A stretch of 13,994 nucleotides of DNA from Promethearchaeota archaeon (GTDB taxonomy: Archaea; Asgardarchaeota; Thorarchaeia; Thorarchaeales; Thorarchaeaceae). Positions 1 to 6,500 of this stretch are shown piece by piece (positions within the stretch are counted from its first letter, which is position 1; each line of letters starts with the position of its first letter). The translations under genes and the position numbers were made by a program. A model generated the notes under the pieces. That model saw only the letters and a program-made list of their open reading frames with translations. It had not been told where the DNA came from and made no database searches. Location: the NCBI GenBank assembly GCA_027031765.1, contig JALVPN010000226.1, positions 1-13,994 on the forward strand. Direction: 5' to 3'.

Positions 1-2
1 GT

Positions 3-668
3 GCAGAGGAGGAGCTCACAGCCCGTCTTGACAGCTTGGGACATGAGGTGCAACGGCGGATACCTGCACTGGAGTCCGTGCGTCGTGCGGCAGACCACCT
101 GCGTGATGTGCTTGACCAGAGTGGTGATGCCTCGGTCTCTGTCGAGGAGCGGATTGCCCGGCTGGAAGATGCTATCAGCGTACTGCGGAGAACCGTCGCG
201 GCACTGGACTGCGGTCTTGAGGTGCTACTCGACAGGCGTGTCCGTGCTCGGAAAACCCGCCCGCGATCCCGTGTAGAGATGTGCCGCTCGAAGACACCGA
301 AGGCACTTGACGCGGGGCTCAAGGAGTGGCACTATCATATCTTCACTGACTTTGGCCTTGAGGTGGTGCACGCTGCAAGACAACGGGTTGCAGAGCTGAG
401 CGAGCTGGCCAAGTCGCTGGGCCATGAGGGACCGATGCTCGCAATCCATGACACGGTGGCGGCGCGGGAGGTCGTTGAGAGTGTCCTGAGTGGAGCGCGC
501 CGTGAGCTGTCGCGTCCTGCAGACGCCGACCGGTCGTCCGATGCCTGGTGGGCCAAGGTGGAAAGGCTGCGTGACAGGTTGTTGATGGCCCGCGACCTTG
601 CAGAGCGGTTTGGTCTAGAGGACCTCAGAGTGGAGGTAGAGGACCTGCTGGAGCAGATGCACGACTGA
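3..668 (+). CDS. Hypothetical all-alpha/coiled-coil protein, 5'-truncated
   Basis: The frame of the 36..668 ORF is open back to position 3 (AEEELTARLDSL-GHEVQ...), so the TTG at 36 is probably internal and the gene starts upstream of the window. It is rich in E/R/L/A helical heptads and ends at TGA 666-668. I recognise no family motif. Confidence 0.8.
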   Translation, partial: AEEELTARLDSLGHEVQRRIPALESVRRAADHLRDVLDQSGDASVSVEERIARLEDAISVLRRTVAALDCGLEVLLDRRVRARKTRPRSRVEMCRSKTPKALDAGLKEWHYHIFTDFGLEVVHAARQRVAELSELAKSLGHEGPMLAIHDTVAAREVVESVLSGARRELSRPADADRSSDAWWAKVERLRDRLLMARDLAERFGLEDLRVEVEDLLEQMHD

Positions 669-874
669 CACGACCCGTCACTGTGGCGCTGATGGCACTA
701 CAGGGTACCGGTCGGGTCCAGCTGCAAGCGTGTCCCTCTCAGAGAGTACCACACTGGTGTACGGGCCCTGTCCGGGGACGGCAGACGGACGCATGGTCGC
801 TGCTCAACTGGTGGGTGGCATGCTCCACGTCAGGCCCACTGTCTTGGGCACACCCACCTGCAAAGGCATCTTCA

Positions 875-886
875 GAAACCATTAAG
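875..886 (+). promoter_or_regulatory. Candidate archaeal BRE/TATA promoter for the CDF gene
   Basis: GAAACC-ATTAAG is the only AT-rich island in this GC-rich intergenic region and lies about 42 nt before the ATG at 928. The BRE+TATA resemblance was judged by eye. Confidence 0.5.
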
Positions 887-927
887 AGCAGAGCTGTCGG
901 CCGCGGGACGGACGGAGTGCTGAAGGA

Positions 928-2334
928 ATGGCTCATCACAGTAGTGGTGGGCGGGGGTCTGTACACAGGGCCGCTGCCCTGTCAGTTATCGCCGCGGTCT
1001 TCCTTGCGTTGACGAAGATGGTAATGGGTGTCCTCACCAACTCGCTTGGGATCATCTCGGAGGCCCTCCATAGTGGGCTTGACCTGGTGGCAGCGTCAAT
1101 CACGTACGTTGCGGTGCACAAGGCGTCGAAGGGGCCTGATGAAGACCACATGTACGGCCATGGGAAAGTGGAGAGCTTCGCTGCGCTCGTGGAAACGGTC
1201 ATCCTGTGGTTCACTGCCGGCTGGATCGTGTACGAGGCAATGAGGAGGATAGACACGCAGGAGTGGCCAGCGCCAACGCTCTGGGGGATTGTGGTCATGG
1301 TCGTGAGCCTTGTGGTCGACTATGAACGCAGCCACATGCTCTACTCCACGGCACACAGACACCACAGCCAGGCCCTTGAGGCTGATGCCCTGCACTTCCG
1401 CACTGACATGATAAGCTCGGCCGTTGTCCTCTCTGGCCTCGGGTGCGTCTGGGCCGGCATCCCGATAGCCGACCCGCTGGCGGCCATCGGTGTGTCAGTG
1501 GTCATCCTCGTGGTATCACTGGAGCTGGCAAAGAAGGCCTACGACGAGCTGATAGACACGGCGCCCCGTGGGATCCGTGATGATGTCCTCCGTGCAGTGT
1601 CCTCGGTCCCCGGTGTCCGGGAGTGCGTCCGGGTGCGTGTCCGGGGCGTGGCCTCCAAGATGTTCGTTGACCTTGTGGTATCGGTCGACGAGGCCATGCC
1701 GGTGGCCCAGGCGCACACGATTGCCGAGCGCATTGAAGAGGAGATTGCCGCCCTAGACCCGCGCGCTGATGTGGTGGTACACCTCGTGCCAGCGAGCTGT
1801 GACAATGTGATGCCCACGGATACCGACATCTACTCCCAGCTCAGGCGTCTGGCCAAGGAGACCCCCGAGATTGCCAGCATCCACAATGTTAGGGTCAACG
1901 TCCTTGGAGATGGTGTGCATGTGGCGGCCCACATAGAGCTGCCTGATGACATGTCGTTGGTAGAGGCGCATTCGGTGTCTGAGGAGTTCGAGTCGCGGCT
2001 GCGGGAGATGACCCCCGAGGTGAAGGACATCACGCTCCACCTCGAAACCACCGGGACAGGCACTGTAGAGGATGTCGTGGTGGCCGGTGACGAGGGGCTT
2101 GTCGAGGAGGTGCGGAGTATAGTGGAGGGGCTGCCTGCCGTCCGGAGCTGTGGTGACATAGTTGTGAGCAGGGGTGCCCACGGGCTGAAGGTAGCGCTGA
2201 CCTGTGTGGTGGACAGCCACCTCTCGCTCCTCGAGGGGCACAGTATCTGCGATGAGATTGAGCGGCAGGTCAGGACTGTGCGCCCCGATGTCCACGATGT
2301 GCTCGTACATGTGGAGCCCGCGCCTGGACAGTAG
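928..2334 (+). CDS. Cation diffusion facilitator (CDF, FieF/CzcD-like) metal efflux transporter with three tandem C-terminal ZT_dimer-like domains
   Basis: TM2 has SEALHSGLD and TM5 has ADALHFRTD (HxxxD/HxxxD site A). The loop PDEDHMYGHGKVE matches the CDF signature, and the hydrophobic TM segments fit the family. Three CTD copies end in VVHLVP, TLHLET and LVHVEP. Confidence 0.95.
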   Translation: MAHHSSGGRGSVHRAAALSVIAAVFLALTKMVMGVLTNSLGIISEALHSGLDLVAASITYVAVHKASKGPDEDHMYGHGKVESFAALVETVILWFTAGWIVYEAMRRIDTQEWPAPTLWGIVVMVVSLVVDYERSHMLYSTAHRHHSQALEADALHFRTDMISSAVVLSGLGCVWAGIPIADPLAAIGVSVVILVVSLELAKKAYDELIDTAPRGIRDDVLRAVSSVPGVRECVRVRVRGVASKMFVDLVVSVDEAMPVAQAHTIAERIEEEIAALDPRADVVVHLVPASCDNVMPTDTDIYSQLRRLAKETPEIASIHNVRVNVLGDGVHVAAHIELPDDMSLVEAHSVSEEFESRLREMTPEVKDITLHLETTGTGTVEDVVVAGDEGLVEEVRSIVEGLPAVRSCGDIVVSRGAHGLKVALTCVVDSHLSLLEGHSICDEIERQVRTVRPDVHDVLVHVEPAPGQ

Positions 2335-2357
2335 GGCGGCCTCCGTAGAGGGCTGCC
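2335..2357 (+). terminator. Stem-loop immediately after the CDF stop codon (possible terminator or 3' stabiliser)
   Basis: GGCGGCCTC-CGTA-GAGG(G)CTGCC gives 9 pairs including one G-U, with one bulge. There is no U-tract, so function is uncertain. Confidence 0.25.
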
Positions 2358-2412
2358 ACATCTGTCCGGCCTCGCTGGTGGCATCACTCAACAGGGCCGG
2401 AGGGCGTCCCAA

Positions 2413-2424
2413 GAACCGTTATCA
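2413..2424 (+). promoter_or_regulatory. Weak candidate promoter for the M23 gene (possibly near-leaderless)
   Basis: GAACCGTTATCA resembles the GAAACCATTAAG element at 875 and sits about 25 nt before the ATG at 2449. Confidence 0.25.
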
Positions 2425-2448
2425 GGCAGCATGTCCACGTAATGATCT

Positions 2449-3141
2449 ATGAGAAGGCCCACCATCATAGCAGCCGTCCTCATGGTGGTAGGTGTCCTGC
2501 TGGTCGGCACGGGTGTCGCGCCCGACACATCAAGGCCAAGCCTTGCCTTCCCGGTGTTGGAGACCGACTCTGTTGAGAGGCTTGCACCCTACCACGCCCC
2601 CGACTGGGGTGAGGAGGGTGTGTACCACAACGGGATTGACCTCGTGGTGGCGGAGAACGTGACCATTGTGGCACCCTGCGACGGCGTTGTGGCGTCGGTC
2701 TCCGAACACGAGAACCCGTACGCTGGCAACACCTTGTTCGAGGTGTCAATCACAGTTGACATGCTCTGGCAGGTCAAGCTTGTCCTTGAGCCCGGTTTCG
2801 CCGACCAGGTGGGCAATGCAGCCCAACGGGCGGCAATTGATGTCCAGGCCGGGGAGGCCGTATCAACTGGCGACAGGGTGGCGTTGCTCCTGTACTGCGA
2901 GGGGTATCCTCACCTGCACTATATGGTACTGTACAGGATGACTGATGTCTCACCGTACGACGTCTCGTCCCCGGAGGCAAGAGCGGTCTTCGAGACAATC
3001 GCGGAGCGTTCCAACAGTACCATCCAGTACCCCTGTGACTTCCCTGCCGTCACAGATACCCCCATGTTCAGGGTCTACGTCGCGGCCGGTTGCTCTCTCT
3101 TCATAGGCGCAATCATCATACTGTGCAGGTCACGCCGCTGA
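2449..3141 (+). CDS. M23 (LytM/lysostaphin-like) family metallopeptidase, secreted and C-terminally membrane-anchored
   Basis: It has HNGID (HxxxD, 2626-2640), VAPCDGVV, VQAGEAVSTGDRVA and PHLHY (HxH, 2911-2919). There is an N-terminal hydrophobic signal segment and a C-terminal TM helix followed by the basic stop RSRR. Confidence 0.85.
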   Translation: MRRPTIIAAVLMVVGVLLVGTGVAPDTSRPSLAFPVLETDSVERLAPYHAPDWGEEGVYHNGIDLVVAENVTIVAPCDGVVASVSEHENPYAGNTLFEVSITVDMLWQVKLVLEPGFADQVGNAAQRAAIDVQAGEAVSTGDRVALLLYCEGYPHLHYMVLYRMTDVSPYDVSSPEARAVFETIAERSNSTIQYPCDFPAVTDTPMFRVYVAAGCSLFIGAIIILCRSRR

Positions 3142-3410
3142 CGCAAGTCCTTACCCCGGAGACTCGCCCGTCGCAGGTGCACTGCTACTGGACCCAGACC
3201 CACCATCGACCACCCTCATTGTCGTCACTCCCCTCGGACCGCCACCCCAATTGCCAGCTCCTCCACGGCACACAGGTCATGGGTGTCCCGGTCTGGTGCT
3301 CATCGCACACGGGCACCAGGGTACGTCACTTGGGAGTTGGTCGTGTCTCCAACTGTCAACACAGCCCGTGTCTGCCCGGTGATGGCTGTACGTCACGACC
3401 TCCCACAACT

Positions 3411-3421
3411 ATTATATATAG
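3411..3421 (+). promoter_or_regulatory. TATA box of the probable giant-protein operon promoter
   Basis: ATTATATATAG is the strongest AT-rich element in the window and sits in non-coding sequence. It would place transcription start near 3445-3447, giving a leader of about 135 nt before the ATG at 3582. Confidence 0.7.
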
Positions 3422-3446
3422 AAGTTGGAAAGGTGGAGCGTTATCT

Positions 3447-3581
3447 GCGCTGGGTGACCGATTGAGGAAAGGTCAGGAGCATGCCCCCAGCGACCACCGG
3501 TGATGCTCGAAGGAATGCATGACAGTGGCGCAATGACTGTGCGACCGCCTCCTCGTCGGCACCGAAGAGGAGGCCCGTGAA
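3447..3581 (+). promoter_or_regulatory. Structured 5' leader containing a Shine-Dalgarno (GGAGG 3569-3573) paired in a hairpin (3547-3574)
   Basis: GCCTCCTC (3547-3554) is the exact reverse complement of GAGGAGGC (3567-3574). The SD lies 8 nt before the ATG. Further stems occur at 3448-3492. Confidence 0.55.
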
Positions 3582-6500
3582 ATGAGCCCCGAGACTCGAA
3601 AGGCCCGTCTTATTTCTATTACCATACTGGTTATTGTACTGTTTGGTGTGTTCCCACAGGCTGTGTGGGCTGGACAGGTGTTGGACACTGACAGGGAGTT
3701 GTTCCCGGCCCCGTTTGACGGGTACGACCTGGACAACATATACGTCTTCTACGACCCGTCCGACGAGGCCCTGACCGCGCTTGCGCAGGGTGCGGAGGAA
3801 CTCCTGTCGTACTGGATAAAGGACGTACGGCTCATCCCTGTGGCGTCGTTCTATGATGTGGCGTGGTACATGCTAGATGAGCCGTGGGTCGCCATATACG
3901 CACTGCGCTCAGGTGTTGATGGTGTATACTTCCCCGACCGGAACCTGACATGGCCACAGTTCAGAGACCTGCTGCGCCAGCACAGGTCAACCCAGCACAT
4001 CCTCGGGATGGGCAACACACTCTCTCTGGAGCCGTTCCTCGACGACGAGGACACCATGGTGCACCACAGTGCTTCCGAACAGACAGACGCCCTGGTCCTC
4101 GTGCTGTACGATGTCTATGCGGTCAAGGAGATGTGTGAGGCGCGCGCGAACGCTACAGCCAGTGCCTCCGGTGAGGAGTTCAGACGTGCAGCTGACGACC
4201 TTGAGAGGATGACCCTCAAGGTCTATGCTGACAACTTCAATGCGGTCTTCCAGCGCACTGTCGACCCAATCGACCCGGTTGGAGAGGTCGACCCTGTTGC
4301 AGCGGAGGCGCGGCGGGCAGCCATGTGGGCGCGGCACCCACCGAGGATACGTGATGCAGCTTACAAGCTCACTGATGATGGCGACCTCGTGGAGGTGCCC
4401 GTGGACCAACTGCCGGCCAACTTCAGCCCCACAATCAGGCTGAGCACAGCGTCCGAAGTGGGCGCCTCGGACTTCATCCTTGGCGAAATCCCACTCCTGT
4501 CGGGACTGCGCGGCCCCATTGGCAAGATTGTTGATGTCCTGCTGAGCGTGCTCTCAGGCCATGGTGAGACCATCCTCTCGATCCCGAGCAGCGCCATGGA
4601 GAGCCTGCGGGACGTGTTCGAGACCATCCAGCCGCTCCTGGGCATCGTGTCAGACTTTGATGCGGAGAGCCCGCTCAAGTCCGTGATCACCGCGCTGGCA
4701 AACGAGTTCCCGTTCCCGGACAACCTGAAGACGTACCTCGAGCCTATACTCAAGGCCCTGTTCAAGCTCAGGGGTGACCTCAGCAGCATCGTGGACGTGA
4801 TCAAGGAGCTCCTGGCAGGGCTGCTACCACAGCTCATCCCGCAGCAGATAATGGACTTCCTTGACACCGTGTTGCAGGTGGGCCCGTCCCTCTGGGAGCT
4901 CATCTCTGACATCATCACCCGCGGGAAGGGCGTCTTCGACACCATCCTCAGTTTCATCACGAACAATGTGCTCGAGGCGCTGCTCAACAAGACCCTGATG
5001 GCCACCCTCGGCCTTACCACAGGCGTGGCGGACCTGGTGGCCCGTGGTGTGGCATTCGTCCGGTCTGTCGTGGACTACATCTCGAGCTTCGACTTCACGA
5101 AGTTCGTGGAGGATGTCGGTGAGGAGCTCCTCCAGACCGCTCTCGGGCTCCTCCAGGACACCATTGGCGAGGAGTTCATCGAGAAGATGATGTCCATCAT
5201 CAAGGTGGCCCTCTCGGTGGTCGACCTGGTGGACAAGTTTGACACGGAGTCGCTGGTCGAGGTGCTCGCAGAGGCTGCAGAACTCGTCATCGGTCCCTCA
5301 GACATCGTCACATCGGCAGAGGAGCTCGCCAGGGGTGTGATGGAGGTCGTCAAGGAGTACTCTGAACAGGGCCTCTCATCGGTCGCGTCCTTCGCAGATG
5401 AGGTCGAGGACGTCATTGCCCAGAACGTTGCCTCTTCGGTGCCGACTCAAGTGCGCTACCTCGTCAGGGACATTGTGACGATGGTCGCCGGCTTCTTCAA
5501 CGATGGCTTCAACCCGTCAGACGTACCACACATATTGGACATCCTCGAGGCCCTTGCGCAGCAGCTGCTCCTCGTTGGTGGTGGGTACTCGCTCTCTGAC
5601 GCGCAGGACGTCATCGATGCGCTCCGGGGTGCCGTCAGGCCAGTCCTTGCCATCGCGGCCATGGTGAGCGACTCCACGCCCCTGAAGGAGATTGTCTGCG
5701 GCACCGTGGGACAGTTCAACTCGGACTTCCCGTCAGTGGCCACTGCCCTAGTGCAGGTGGTCGAGTTCCTTGATACGGACCACATCCTGTCGGGTGTTGG
5801 GAACGCCGAAGAGGTGCTCGGGACATTCGGCGAGATCGTCAGCGGGATTGTCTCCCTAGTCAACACAGTGAAGGACCAGAGCTTCGAGGGCATCCTCAAC
5901 ACGTTGCTGATGGCCGTGGGCTCGATTGTCGGGACCTTCCCGTCCTTTGACGATGTCCCCATCACGGCCATGCTGGAGCTGCTGCAGTCCTTCTTCCCAC
6001 GGGCCTTTGGACTCGACCCGTCCAACCTGCCCAGTCCCGCACAGGTGGTCTCCAAAATCGTGGACATGGCAGCACCCTTGCTGAAGGGCATTGTGGACCC
6101 TGACGTGCTCACAGAGATGCTGAGCTTCATCATGGACATCAAGGGGATATTCACAGACGGTGTCAAGTGGTTGCTGAGCAGGGTCTACGACTGGTTGACC
6201 GGCCAGCTGACCCCGCTCCTGCAACAGCTGGAGAACTCGATCAACAGCATCCTGGGTGGTGCCGGCGACCTGCTGGGCTTTGACGGGAGCCTGCCCATTG
6301 GTCTGGGCGAGTGGTCCCTCTTCCAGCTTACAGTAGCCCTTGGTATCACAGCCAACTTCCACATCAACCCGACACCGTTCTTCGAGTTCGTGCGCAGCAT
6401 CCTCTTCGAGGGCCGCAGCCCCTTCTCACTGAGCACTCTCGGCGAGTTCTTCAAGGTCGTCTTCTCGTTCTTTGAGATCTCGCCACAGTTCTACGCCGAG

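Noticed and set aside
683-1012. 109-aa + ORF and 75-aa minus ORF (739-966) between the first two genes
   Set aside because: Both overlap the CDF start and its candidate promoter, lack an SD, and have atypical composition.
2365-2401. TCCGGCC/GGCCGGA hairpin as a REP/MITE element
   Set aside because: I saw no second copy in the window, no target-site duplication and no transposase. A 7-bp GC-rich stem is within chance expectation.
1753-2412. 219-aa minus-strand ORF over the CDF C-terminus
   Set aside because: It is antisense to a confidently identified gene and shows no family features.
3274-3401. Cloverleaf-like fold as a tRNA gene
   Set aside because: There is no TTCRA T-loop, no D-loop GG and no 7-nt anticodon loop, and the arm lengths are wrong. 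It is kept only as a generic structured-element candidate.
3090-3503. 137-aa and 60-aa + strand ORFs (3090-3503, 3283-3465) across the intergenic region
   Set aside because: They have H/P/R/C-rich non-globular composition, run through the TATA box, and the longer one overlaps the M23 gene.
4470-6290. Phage tape-measure protein or prophage interpretation of the helical region
   Set aside because: The region is embedded in a signal-peptide-bearing, TM-anchored protein, and there are no capsid, tail, terminase or integrase genes in the window.
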